Shown here in pieces: positions 1 to 9,718 of a stretch of DNA of 41,538 nt. Each line of letters opens with the position of its first letter. Within the stretch, counting starts at the first letter, position 1. Source of the DNA: Alphaproteobacteria bacterium. Lineage in GTDB: Bacteria > Pseudomonadota > Alphaproteobacteria > 16-39-46 > JAJRRM01. The translations under genes and the position numbers were made by a program. Below the pieces are notes generated by a model that was not told the DNA's origin, did not search any database, and saw only the letters and a program-made list of their open reading frames with translations. The stretch lies in the NCBI GenBank assembly GCA_024279475.1, contig JAJRRM010000080.1, positions 1 through 41,538 on the forward strand, written 5' to 3'.

Positions 1-1
1 A

Positions 2-538
2 GATAGACGGGCAGAAAACAAGGCAGCACTTGGTGCTTACTTTGCTGCGAACCCCCAGAAGACACTTCTTATAGATGCTCTCCAAGAAACACTTAATATA
101 TTCAGCTATCAGCTTCCAAAAAACGTTTCTCATCTAGCTTTTTCAAACACACGACATAATTTAACGACTGTTGGTGATGATTTTCTCTATAACTGTAAGG
201 GCCTTAGGACAGTAGATTTATCTAGTCTTGCTAATGTAACGGCTGTTGGCAATAGTTTTCTCTATCACTGTAGCGGTATTACAACTTTAGATTTATCCCC
301 TTTATCTAACATAACTTATGTTGCTGATTCTTTTCTCGCTTACTGTAGCGCTCTTATAGAAGTAGATTTATCCCCTTTATCTAACGTAACGACTATTGGC
401 GAAGCTTTTCTTCTTTACTGTAAGAAGCTTAGGACCTTAGATTTATCACCTTTAGCTAACATAACAACTGTTGATCGATATTTCCTCTATGGATATACAG
501 GCGCTACACCGATAGATCCTCATAGGTTAATGAGGTAG
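2..538 (+). CDS. BspA/TpLRR-type leucine-rich repeat protein, 3' part (5' end outside window)
   Basis: Frame +2 is open from base 2 to TAG at 536-538. It translates to ...LTTVGDDFLYNCKGLRTVDLSSLAN VTAVGNSFLYHCSGITTLDLSPLSN ITYVADSFLAYCSALIEVDLSPLSN VTTIGEAFLLYCKKLRTLDLSPLAN ITTVDRYFLYG... It is absent from the ORF track because the start is outside the window. Confidence 0.85.
   Translation, partial: DRRAENKAALGAYFAANPQKTLLIDALQETLNIFSYQLPKNVSHLAFSNTRHNLTTVGDDFLYNCKGLRTVDLSSLANVTAVGNSFLYHCSGITTLDLSPLSNITYVADSFLAYCSALIEVDLSPLSNVTTIGEAFLLYCKKLRTLDLSPLANITTVDRYFLYGYTGATPIDPHRLMR
161..500 (+). repeat. Coding tandem repeat, 75-bp unit (25 aa), about 4.5 copies
   Basis: Units start at 161, 236, 311, 386 and 461, with a recurring tagatttatc(cc)ctttatctaac core. 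Confidence 0.85.
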
Positions 539-705
539 ATCTTCGAGGGTATAAATAAGAGGAGACCTTTAATTTAGAGTATTTAAAAAAAAAGGGTAAT
601 TATTTCATTTAAGCAATTACGAGAATCTAATCTTGCTCGTCACTCCTGCTAGAAGAAGAAAGGATATTAGAGAGTTGTGTGCTTTACTTCAACATCTTTC
701 CAATA

Positions 706-2214
706 TCATTTTTTTATGCCTTTTATGGTCAAGAAGCAAAAAAGTGTTGATATAAAGCTCACAGCTGCTGCTATCTGCATTGTAACGCTTAAAGCAGTTG
801 TATAAGCAGATTTTACAAGGGTATTCATGGCTTTGGCATCTACAATATTCTCCAATTCTTTTATATCATGATGTACTCCAGCAATATAAGTTATAAGAGA
901 AGAATAGTCCTCGGGAGATAAATTTAAGGGCAAGGTCTGCTCTAAAAAAATCTGTCCTAAACCCGTTAGCATACTTGAACTAATGATGACTCCAAGAGAA
1001 AGTGACATGCATGTTCCCACCGAAAATACACCAGAAGCTGTATTAAGGAGAGAGGAATCCACAGTCTTTAACATAACAGCATTGAAAGAAGGAAAGGAAA
1101 TTCCTAGACCTGTACCTGCTAGAGCAAGTGAAAAAATAACAGGTAAAAGTTCTGTATGAGCATCAAACGTTGAAAACCATAATGCTGCAATACCTGTGAT
1201 AAATGTTCCCAAGCAAATAGGAATGCGACCATCCATCCTATCACACATTTTTCCACCAAAAGGTGAAAGAAGCCCAAGTGCTATCGTCATAGAAAAGAAG
1301 ATAATGCCAGTTTCATATGCGCTATAGTTGAGGATGTTTTGTAAATAAAGGTTAACCATTAAGAGCATTGAAGCAAAAACATATTGAAAAAAGGAGAAAC
1401 CGACAAGGCAGCCAAGATAGGGAGTATTATTGAAGAAATTTTTAGGAATTAGTCTATTTTCTCGGTTAGATTGATGTGTTAAAAATGCAAAAAAGAGGAG
1501 TATACTAATGCCTATAAAGCTCCAAAAGAGAAGGCTACCTAACCCCCACACTTCTGCTTGGTTTATACTAAACAAGAACATTATAATAGTAGCTCCAAGA
1601 AGAGCAGCTCCTTGAATGTCAATTTTCTTCTTAGTTGAATCTATGGTTTCTTTATGAGTAAAGATATACATGACTCCTTGAGCAATAAGACAAAGAGGAA
1701 TATTAATATAAAATATCCAGCGCCAACTTAGCCACTCTAATAAAGCTCCGCCTATACTAGGACCAAAAGCAAGCCCTATACCGCAAGATATACCCAGTAT
1801 CCCCATAGAACGGCCGCGCTTATCTTCAGGAGTTTCCATAAAAATTATTGCATAAAGAGGAGAAACAAAGAGGCCACCTCCCACACCTTGAAGAGCTCTA
1901 CCAAGCATAATAACCCATGTATCCCAAGCAACGCCACATATTAATGAAGCAATAGAAAATATCCACACTCCAATAAAGAACATACGCCGACGGCCATAGA
2001 TATCTGATAAACGTCCCCCAATGATAGCAACAGAAGCCCAAGCAAGTGTATACCCACTAAGCAACCACTGAAGCACGTTTAGATCTTCATCAAAATCTCG
2101 AGAAATTGGAACCAAGATAAGGTTTACAGCAGAATAGTCAATGTTAAGGAGGAGAGCTAAGATGAAGACAGAGCTTAAAATAAACCATGATTTTTTTTCA
2201 GGAGTTAGAAACAT
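706..2214 (-). CDS. MFS drug:H+ antiporter, DHA2 (EmrB/QacA) family
   Basis: 502 aa, about 14 hydrophobic segments, motif A GRLSDIYGRRR, GPSIGG and WRWIFYINIP. Confidence 0.9.
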   Translation of the reverse strand: MFLTPEKKSWFILSSVFILALLLNIDYSAVNLILVPISRDFDEDLNVLQWLLSGYTLAWASVAIIGGRLSDIYGRRRMFFIGVWIFSIASLICGVAWDTWVIMLGRALQGVGGGLFVSPLYAIIFMETPEDKRGRSMGILGISCGIGLAFGPSIGGALLEWLSWRWIFYINIPLCLIAQGVMYIFTHKETIDSTKKKIDIQGAALLGATIIMFLFSINQAEVWGLGSLLFWSFIGISILLFFAFLTHQSNRENRLIPKNFFNNTPYLGCLVGFSFFQYVFASMLLMVNLYLQNILNYSAYETGIIFFSMTIALGLLSPFGGKMCDRMDGRIPICLGTFITGIAALWFSTFDAHTELLPVIFSLALAGTGLGISFPSFNAVMLKTVDSSLLNTASGVFSVGTCMSLSLGVIISSSMLTGLGQIFLEQTLPLNLSPEDYSSLITYIAGVHHDIKELENIVDAKAMNTLVKSAYTTALSVTMQIAAAVSFISTLFCFLTIKGIKK

Positions 2215-2379
2215 GCAAAAACTTTTATGTAAGACAATTGAAAGGGAAACATACTATATCTTAATATACTAAGTAAACAAAAGATAATCAAAAAACGATT
2301 AATATTCCAACACAGTCTGATCAAACTTGACTAAAAAAAGCTTTGTTACACCCTCAAAAATATAGAAAAATTGAACCTG

Positions 2380-4377
2380 TTAATTTTTCAGGGTGTTTTT
2401 TTTGGAGAGCGGACGAGCTTGATAGTAGGTTATTAGCGGATGCTCTTTACTTCCCATATCATAATTTGTACGATATATATAGATCTGTTCAAGAACGCGT
2501 TGCACGTAATTTCTTGTTTCAAAATAAGGAATTTGCTCCATCCAATCAATCCAGTCAATTTCCCCTTTAGATGGATCTCCATATATTTTTAGCCATTTTT
2601 TTACAACTCCCTCACCCGCATTATAGGCTGCTATAGCGAGAGGGTAGCTATGATTAAACATAATAAGAAGATCCTGAAGAAAAGCAGACCCTAGAATTAT
2701 ATTTAACTTTGGATTTACAATTATTTCATTAACATTCCGGAGTTTTATTTTATGTTTTTTAGCTATGTTTTTAGCCATGAAAGGCCTCATTTGCATAAGT
2801 CCCATAGCACCAGCATGACTTATAGCTTTATAAGCAAACATGCTTTCACGCCTTATGATAGAAAAAATTAGACTCTTATCTTTAGGATCACGTCTTGTTA
2901 TCTCTATTTTCGCAGGATATGCTTCAGGAATATAGACCTCCTTTTTCCTGCTAAGAGTACGTGCTGCTTCAACAGCAAAACTTGGAGCCCATTTAGTTAT
3001 AAACTGAATAGTATATATTTCTTCATCACGAGTTTTGGAACGTTTGGCGAGGTTTATAGCAAAGAAACGCGTCCAATCGTAAGCCTTTGGAGAGTGAGAT
3101 AATAGGACTAATAACTTAGCAAATTGGCGCAACTCCACTGTATTTTTCACCAAAGAGCTTATCTGTGTTTTCTTAAATTTATAATGTTCAGAGCCAATAC
3201 CTATACTACACGCAGCGAGCTGACCATAAAAAGTCGTGCGATAGTTAGCCGCAATTGAAAAAAATTTATCTGCTTTTTTTGTATTATTTAGGATATCGTA
3301 TGTTTTCCCCAACCAGTAGGCAGCTCGGGATCGACTTATAGGACCTTTAACTTTATTGAAGAGATTCAAGAAACGTCTTTCAGCTTCTCTTGGTTTATTA
3401 AGAAAACGTAGAGCAATAAACCCTGCTAGCCATTCAGCCATTGCAAAATTAGCACCCCTTTGAAGACCATGATCTTTGATAATAGAAAAGGCTCGAGCAT
3501 AGTCTTTCTTTTCCAGAGCACGGCGTGTTAAAATATGACGTTCATGCCAAAAAGCTTTTTTTCGATGAGAGGGAACAATTTTATCTTTGAATAAAGATAG
3601 TGCCTCGGTATTTTTTTTCTTTTCACGGCGCCAAACAAGTCGATCATATATAAACCCTAGATGATCTTTAAACTGTGGATGCGCTTTTTTAACATGCCAA
3701 TCCACTCCTGGCTTGAGCTGCTGAAGAAGAAGGCGACTTTGAGTAAGAAGTTTATAGCTATCACTTAATCGAGGAATCATTATCTTAGCACTACCATAGG
3801 TCTTTTTCCATAAAAGGTTATCTACGCGCTGATGATTGTCTTGTGGAGATAAAATCTTACGGTAAGTTTTGTAGAAAAGATAGTCAGTAGATTTGTCAAA
3901 CTGCCCCTCTACCCATAGCTTTTTAACCATTTTTTTGAGTTTATATTTTTGCCCAAGGTAAGAAAGGGCTTGTGTATATGCCCATATTGCTGTTCCCTTG
4001 GTAGGCGAGTTATCATCAAACCACTGAACAATTTTCATAGCATACTCAGGAGAGAAGGTTATTTTTTCTTCAATTTTAGCTTTTAACGTAGTCTTTCCTG
4101 GCCAATGAGGATTTTTTTGAATAAAATCTATGATCTCATAAGGGGAGTAATGCTGTTGTTTTGGATGTTGATAGAAGACATACTGTAAAAACTTTTTGGT
4201 TAAGGGACACTTGTTAAATTGATCACCCTTGATAAATTTCCCCCACTGCTCAAAGGTTATTTTATTATCAAAACGTTGCAAACCTTCATGCATAGATTTT
4301 GTACATATAGGAGAGAAATTAAAAGCATTAGCTAAAGTAGTTTGAACTATTAATATAAAAAAGAAAAAAAATTTCAT
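2380..4377 (-). CDS. slt: Soluble lytic murein transglycosylase (Slt70-like)
   Basis: Signal peptide, helical N-region, C-terminal catalytic motifs IIRRES, GAMGLMQ, AAYNAG and ETRNYV. Confidence 0.9.
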   Translation of the reverse strand: MKFFFFFILIVQTTLANAFNFSPICTKSMHEGLQRFDNKITFEQWGKFIKGDQFNKCPLTKKFLQYVFYQHPKQQHYSPYEIIDFIQKNPHWPGKTTLKAKIEEKITFSPEYAMKIVQWFDDNSPTKGTAIWAYTQALSYLGQKYKLKKMVKKLWVEGQFDKSTDYLFYKTYRKILSPQDNHQRVDNLLWKKTYGSAKIMIPRLSDSYKLLTQSRLLLQQLKPGVDWHVKKAHPQFKDHLGFIYDRLVWRREKKKNTEALSLFKDKIVPSHRKKAFWHERHILTRRALEKKDYARAFSIIKDHGLQRGANFAMAEWLAGFIALRFLNKPREAERRFLNLFNKVKGPISRSRAAYWLGKTYDILNNTKKADKFFSIAANYRTTFYGQLAACSIGIGSEHYKFKKTQISSLVKNTVELRQFAKLLVLLSHSPKAYDWTRFFAINLAKRSKTRDEEIYTIQFITKWAPSFAVEAARTLSRKKEVYIPEAYPAKIEITRRDPKDKSLIFSIIRRESMFAYKAISHAGAMGLMQMRPFMAKNIAKKHKIKLRNVNEIIVNPKLNIILGSAFLQDLLIMFNHSYPLAIAAYNAGEGVVKKWLKIYGDPSKGEIDWIDWMEQIPYFETRNYVQRVLEQIYIYRTNYDMGSKEHPLITYYQARPLSKKNTLKN

Positions 4378-4426
4378 ATATTCTCCATAATGACTAACTA
4401 CTTATAAGAGACAACTTCTACTAATA

Positions 4427-4455
4427 TTGTACTGTTATTTTAATTTATCTACAAT
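4427..4455 (+). promoter_or_regulatory. Putative sigma70 promoter, divergent from slt
   Basis: TTGTAC (4427-4432), 17-nt spacer, TACAAT (4450-4455). Confidence 0.5.
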
Positions 4456-4680
4456 AGAGTCCTTCAAAATCCATAAAAGACCTGCCTCTATTTTTTTGGT
4501 ATGATGGCATTAAGGTGCTCTATAAAAAAAGAACCCTCTAATTGTGTACTCTTTACACCTATGAAGGGGTTTTATTTAATTCCTCACAAGGCCATACTAT
4601 TTATTAGGAAAAGAGAAGTTTTGGTATAAATATAAAAAATATGTACGTAGTGACGTACTCTCTTTTCCCTTATCTCAAGT

Positions 4681-4704
4681 CGTACCATAAAGGGTACGGT
4701 TTTT
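4681..4704 (+). terminator. Putative intrinsic terminator
   Basis: CGTACC-ataaag-GGTACG stem-loop followed by G and TTTTT. Confidence 0.5.
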
Positions 4705-4938
4705 AAAATGTCTGCCTAGACTTTGAGTCTGTCTATGCAAATAAAACCTATTATTAAAATAAGACTCGTTAAAAATCCTACCCTTTTAAGAGCCCTATAA
4801 AGAACCCTATGAAAGAGAAAATATCTAAATTGTTGGATTTCCAGTACCAAAATATCCTTAAAAGAATCTTTTATAAAGAAGAAATGGTATTTAGACCCCG
4901 TTATTCCCTTAAGAAAAACCTTTTGGGGACAGGCTTTT

Positions 4939-4976
4939 AAGAAAAAAGATCCAGCACTAATAACTAATGTGCTGGA
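4939..4976 (-). terminator. Intrinsic terminator downstream of cspA
   Basis: TCCAGCAC (4950-4957)/GTGCTGGA (4969-4976) 8-bp stem. The adjacent A-rich tract at 4939-4949 reads as a U-tract on the minus strand. A second perfect 9-bp hairpin, GTATCTGTT/AACAGATAC, lies at 4989-5010. Confidence 0.65.
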
Positions 4977-5031
4977 CCTTCTATCACCGTATCTGTTTTT
5001 TAACAGATACAATAAAATCGTTCGGTAAACC

Positions 5032-5241
5032 TTACGCGTCTATCAATTTGATATGTTCCGCAGATTCTTTACCTTTATTGCTTTCTAGCTCGTAGCTAAC
5101 TTTTTGCCCTTCGTTCAGTTGGTGTATACCTGATTTTTCCAGAGCATTAATATGGACAAAAACATCTTTTGAACCATCTTCTGGTGCAATAAATCCATAC
5201 CCTTTAGTTGGATTAAACCACTTTACTATTCCTTGAGCCAT
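5032..5241 (-). CDS. cspA: Cold-shock protein
   Basis: 69 aa, [13 protein letters not shown] (RNP1) and DVFVHI (RNP2). Confidence 0.95.
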   Translation of the reverse strand: MAQGIVKWFNPTKGYGFIAPEDGSKDVFVHINALEKSGIHQLNEGQKVSYELESNKGKESAEHIKLIDA

Positions 5242-5375
5242 TATCTTTCCTTTTATATCTTTTTGTTTAAGTTAATCATATGAAATAAAGCAATACCATA
5301 CCGCTTTTCGATTCACCTTTATTTAAATACCCAGAATCACCCTTTTCCAAAACCGATTTGAGTTTGTCGATAAGC

Positions 5376-5404
5376 ATTCTCTACGTATATTTCAGTATAG
5401 TCAA
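5376..5404 (-). promoter_or_regulatory. Putative sigma70 promoter of cspA, implying a ~130-nt 5' UTR
   Basis: Minus strand TTGACT-17 nt-GAGAAT. Long 5' UTRs are typical of cspA genes. Confidence 0.35.
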
Positions 5405-5576
5405 CAAAAACTAATAAGATCAAGAAAAATTAATTTAATACCCCATAATTTTTCTCTTTTTTCTAGAATTATCTCTTTAAAAAACTCTTTTCTCTTTAAT
5501 AAGCAGCTCTCTTACGCGTATTGTTGTAACCATAGCTTATCTTCTCTAACATATTCACAATTAGGACAGTCGTCCT

Positions 5577-8500
5577 TTAATCTTTCTTATTGATTACAAA
5601 CCATCGTTTCTTAACCATAAGAGCACAAGGGGTTACTAAGAGCGTTAAGGGTGAGGCGAACAATACTCCAAACACGATGGCAGTGGCTAGCATAGACCAC
5701 CATTGTGTAGAGGGCGCTCCTATCTCTATAACGAGATTTAAGTAGTCAATATTAAGCCCCAGCATAATAGGTAAGAGACCTAGAACAGTTGTAAGTTTTG
5801 TTAATATAACAGGCCTTAAACGTAAAGCTCCCGCACGGAGAATAGCCTCTCGTATATCTAGTCCCTCTTTTCTAAGGGTATTATAGGTATCAATTAAAAT
5901 AATATTATTGCTTACGATAATACCAGACAAAGCAATAATACCAATACCACCCATAACAATGCCAAAAGGCATGCCTCTAATTAAGAGGCCTAGCAGAACA
6001 CCTATTGTAGACATCACCACAGAACTTAAAATAATAGCCATGCTATAGAAGCTATTAAACTGTGTGACAAGAATAAGAATAATGAGGAAGATAGCAGTTC
6101 CAAAAGCTTTAACCAAAAAGTCTTTCGTTTCTTTTTGATCTTCATCTTCTCCTTTTATAGTGACTTTTATTCCTTTTGTACTATGAGTCGTTAGATAATT
6201 TTTTATAGTATCTAACTGCAGCTGAACCAGTGTCTCTGAAGAAACATCTGCTTTCACCGTATAGGCTCTTTCTCCTTTAGATCTGTGTAAAAAGCTTGTT
6301 CGTTTTCCATAGGTTTTTTTTACAAAGTTCGATAGAGGGACCGCCCCTATAGGCGTTGGTACAACCATCTCTGAGAAATTAGAAAGTCTTCTTTCATCAA
6401 TTGGATAGCGCAAAATAATATCTATCTCTTCCAAGCTATCATCTGGACGGAAGGCCCCAAGTTTTACACCATTGGTAAGAACTTTTATAGCATCCCCTAT
6501 TTGCTGCCAGTCCACTTTATATTGAGAGGCCTTAAATTTATCAATATTCAAACGCCATTCTATACCTGGTGGGGAACGGTTGTCTTCAATTTGCCGTATC
6601 CCTTTTTGTTTTTTTAGAAAAAGGATAAAAGAATTTATATAAGCATTCAAACTTTCATCATTTGAGCTAGAAAATTGAATGTTTATAGGCTTATCTTGAC
6701 CTGGCCCCCCCTTGTTTAGCTCATCTTCAATAATAACCCCGGGAACATCTTTTACAGAATCATGGATAGACTCTATAATAGTCTTTACTTTTGGGCGATC
6801 CTGCCAAGGCATAAATTCGATAAAAATAAGACCAATTTCATCTTGACTGTCTGGACCTTCTCTTTTTCCTATATGAGATAAAACAGTTTTAAGATCTGTC
6901 CTTTTTAGGAGTTTTTCTTCAACTTTTTTTATAATACGATCTTTCTCATTTAGGGATAAATTTCCTAAAGCTTTTATTTTTATATAACCACTATCAGGCT
7001 CTATATCAGGAAAAAACTCTACCCCTTTTCCATAGAAAGAAAAAATAACAAGCACAGCTATTAAGAGACCTAGAGAGGAAGATAAAACTACCCAAGGATA
7101 GTTTAGGGCTTTTTCCAAAAGTCCTACATATATGTCTGTGTATTTGCTAGATTCTGTTAATTTTTTTGGGGTCTCTTTGGGTGATTTTCTTGCCCAATAA
7201 CTTCCTAGTGTGGGTATAAAAACAAGCGCCATAAGAATAGAAGATAGGAGAGTTGCAATAAGAGTAATGGGCAGATAACGCATAAATTGTCCAACGATTC
7301 CAGGCCAAAAAAGGAGTGGTAAAAAAGCCATGACAACAGTTATGATAGAGGTAACAACAGGCCAGAACATCCGTCTTGCAGAGATCTTGAAAGCTAGAGC
7401 TTTATCCACACCTTTTGATATCTCCCGATCAGCATATTCAACAACAATAATGGATCCATCCACCAACATACCAATGGAAAGAATTAAGCTAAATAAAACA
7501 ACTGTATTTAGGGTATGTCCTTGGGCACTAAGGATTAATATTCCCATTAGAAAAGAACCCGGTATAGCTATTCCCACCAGAAGAGAGGATCGGTAACCCA
7601 AAGAAAAAATAATTATAAGCATAACGAGAATAACAGCACTAATAAGCTCATTTTGCAGATCCTGAATCATTTCCCAAATATGTTCAGATTCATCAGCAGC
7701 ATAAGAAACTTGTAAAGTTTTTGGCCAAGTTTCTTTATTTTTATCAACAATTTCTCGAACAGCAGCTACAGTCTCTAAGATATTTTCCCCTGTTCTTTTT
7801 AATATTTTTATGGTAACAGCGCTTTGACCATTATTTCTTGCAATGGATGTAGGGTCTACAAAAGTACGATTTATTTCTGCTACATCTGTAATTCTTTGTC
7901 CGCCCATAGCGTCTGTTAAAAGAGGCAAGTTAAAAATATCAGCCATTGTTTTAAATGTACCGGCAGTTTTTATAGGAAATGATCCTGTAGCTGTTTCAAT
8001 TTTTCCAGCAGAAATGCTGGTATTAGAAGATGTAATAGAGGAAATAAATCTTGAATTTAAGAGTCCATACTGTTGTAAGATTGAAGACTTTAATATTATT
8101 TCTATAATTTCTTCTTGCTTTCCACTAATGGTAGCATTCAAAACACTGGGTAAAGCTTCAATATCTTTTTTTAGATTTTCAGATATTCTAAAAAGGGATC
8201 GTTTTGGTATATCTCCAAAAATATTTATTAATAAAACAGGAAATTGGCTAAAGCTTATTTCTTCTATTTTTGGATCATCTGTGTCTGCTGGAAAGCTTGA
8301 TTTTGCAGACTCTACTTTTTCTCGCACATTAGCTAAAGCTTTTTTATCATCAAATCCTGCATGAAACTGAAGCGTAACATTCGCTCCTCCTTCGTAAGCA
8401 GTAGATGTCATTTCTTTAATACCATCTATACTTTTTAGCTCTTGCTCAAGAGGTTTAATAAGGAGGCTTTCAGCATCTTCAGGAGAAATACCTTTATGGA

Positions 8501-8648
8501 TAGTTTCAATATTAATAACAGGAATTTTTATATCTGGAGAAGATTCTTTAGGGATCTTTAAATAAGCTAAAGCACCCCAAATAAAGATGAAACACAGAAT
8601 AAGGAGGATAGTGCGTTTGCAGTCCAATATTTTATCTAAAAAACGCAT
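5577..8648 (-). CDS. RND efflux transporter permease (AcrB/AcrD/AcrF family)
   Basis: 1023 aa, two periplasmic loops, IGMLVDGSIIVVE and RLRPVILT motifs. Confidence 0.93.
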   Translation of the reverse strand: MRFLDKILDCKRTILLILCFIFIWGALAYLKIPKESSPDIKIPVINIETIHKGISPEDAESLLIKPLEQELKSIDGIKEMTSTAYEGGANVTLQFHAGFDDKKALANVREKVESAKSSFPADTDDPKIEEISFSQFPVLLINIFGDIPKRSLFRISENLKKDIEALPSVLNATISGKQEEIIEIILKSSILQQYGLLNSRFISSITSSNTSISAGKIETATGSFPIKTAGTFKTMADIFNLPLLTDAMGGQRITDVAEINRTFVDPTSIARNNGQSAVTIKILKRTGENILETVAAVREIVDKNKETWPKTLQVSYAADESEHIWEMIQDLQNELISAVILVMLIIIFSLGYRSSLLVGIAIPGSFLMGILILSAQGHTLNTVVLFSLILSIGMLVDGSIIVVEYADREISKGVDKALAFKISARRMFWPVVTSIITVVMAFLPLLFWPGIVGQFMRYLPITLIATLLSSILMALVFIPTLGSYWARKSPKETPKKLTESSKYTDIYVGLLEKALNYPWVVLSSSLGLLIAVLVIFSFYGKGVEFFPDIEPDSGYIKIKALGNLSLNEKDRIIKKVEEKLLKRTDLKTVLSHIGKREGPDSQDEIGLIFIEFMPWQDRPKVKTIIESIHDSVKDVPGVIIEDELNKGGPGQDKPINIQFSSSNDESLNAYINSFILFLKKQKGIRQIEDNRSPPGIEWRLNIDKFKASQYKVDWQQIGDAIKVLTNGVKLGAFRPDDSLEEIDIILRYPIDERRLSNFSEMVVPTPIGAVPLSNFVKKTYGKRTSFLHRSKGERAYTVKADVSSETLVQLQLDTIKNYLTTHSTKGIKVTIKGEDEDQKETKDFLVKAFGTAIFLIILILVTQFNSFYSMAIILSSVVMSTIGVLLGLLIRGMPFGIVMGGIGIIALSGIIVSNNIILIDTYNTLRKEGLDIREAILRAGALRLRPVILTKLTTVLGLLPIMLGLNIDYLNLVIEIGAPSTQWWSMLATAIVFGVLFASPLTLLVTPCALMVKKRWFVINKKD

Positions 8649-9718
8649 TTATTTTTCTTTTATTTTTGAAAAAACTTTTTGACCATCTGTTACATATTCT
8701 TGGCCATTAATAATAAGCTGTGTCTTTTTTTTAGGCAGACCTTTTATCCAGGCAAAAGAACTTTCACTTCTAAGCATACTAACAGGGTAAAACTGGACTA
8801 TATTTTCACGTGTTAATAGTTTAACACCTATTTTACCCTGCTCATTTAAGGTTAGAGCTTGGTGGGGTATCTTATTAGCTACTGTTGTTTCAAGGTATAA
8901 CTTTGCTTGAACACTTCTACCTTGTGGAATAGCTAAGTTTTCATTAGGTAGGGTGAGTTCAGCATCATAGGTATGCGTATTTTTATTAGCACTGCTGCTT
9001 ATATAAGTGATTTCTGCTTCTTTTTCTATACCATTTGGTAGGATAAGAAATGCTTTAGAAGCTTTACGAGTATTACGCCAAAGATTTTCAGGAATTTTAA
9101 ATATGACTTTAATTTTGCTTAAATCTATAACATAGGCTATAGGGTCCCCTTCTTTCATGAAAGATCCTACTTCAACAAAGTTTTTTTCTAATATCCCTTT
9201 GAAAGGCATATAAATAAGAGAGTTTCTTATTTTCATTTGTATAGTCGTTAGAGAAGCTTGGGCTTCCGCTAAGCTAGCATCGATTTTAAGACATCTAGAT
9301 ATAGAGCTTAACCCTCTTTTTTTTAATTCTTCTTCTGTTTTCTTTTTTTGCTGAAAGTAAGCAATTTTTTTAATGAATTTCTGTTTAGAGGCAGGAAGGT
9401 CTTTTAAATCTAGCTTAGCAATAATGAAATTTTTAGAAAGAACGACTCCCTCTTTTTTAGTAACCTCGATAACTTGTCCTTGTCGTTTTGACTTTAAGTA
9501 TAAGGCTCTATAGGCTTGAGTGACAGCTGGTAAAACAATAGTTGGTTATACGTTTGAGGTAACGTTTCTTGCACTTCTACAGTAAAAATATTCTCTGTTT
9601 TTTTAGGAAGAGCCCTTATGATAGTATCATTTTTCCCAAAAAAGCCAAAAAAGAATACTAAAATACAACCTACAAAGAGCAGGGCTAAAAACCCCCAAAT
9701 TTTATTTTTAATCCGCAT
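8649..9718 (-). pseudogene. RND periplasmic adaptor (membrane fusion protein) split by one frameshift near 9545
   Basis: ATG at 9718 gives MRIKNKIWGFLALL(TM)...ETLPQTYN. The frame of ORF 8649..9236 is open upstream to 9545 (PTIVLPAVTQAYRALYLKSKRQGQVIEV...LAEAQASL...IYMPFKG). One missing base joins them into a ~356-aa MFP. Could be a sequencing error. Confidence 0.8.

Noticed and set aside
161-500. Periodic repeats as a CRISPR array
   Set aside because: They are in-frame 75-bp degenerate coding repeats with no unique spacers, and no cas genes are present.
4716-5012. 98-aa ORF downstream of cspA
   Set aside because: It runs through the cspA terminator hairpins, has a weak start and matches no recognisable family.
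7402-7410. Perfect DnaA box TTATCCACA
   Set aside because: Single copy inside the RND coding sequence, with no cluster.
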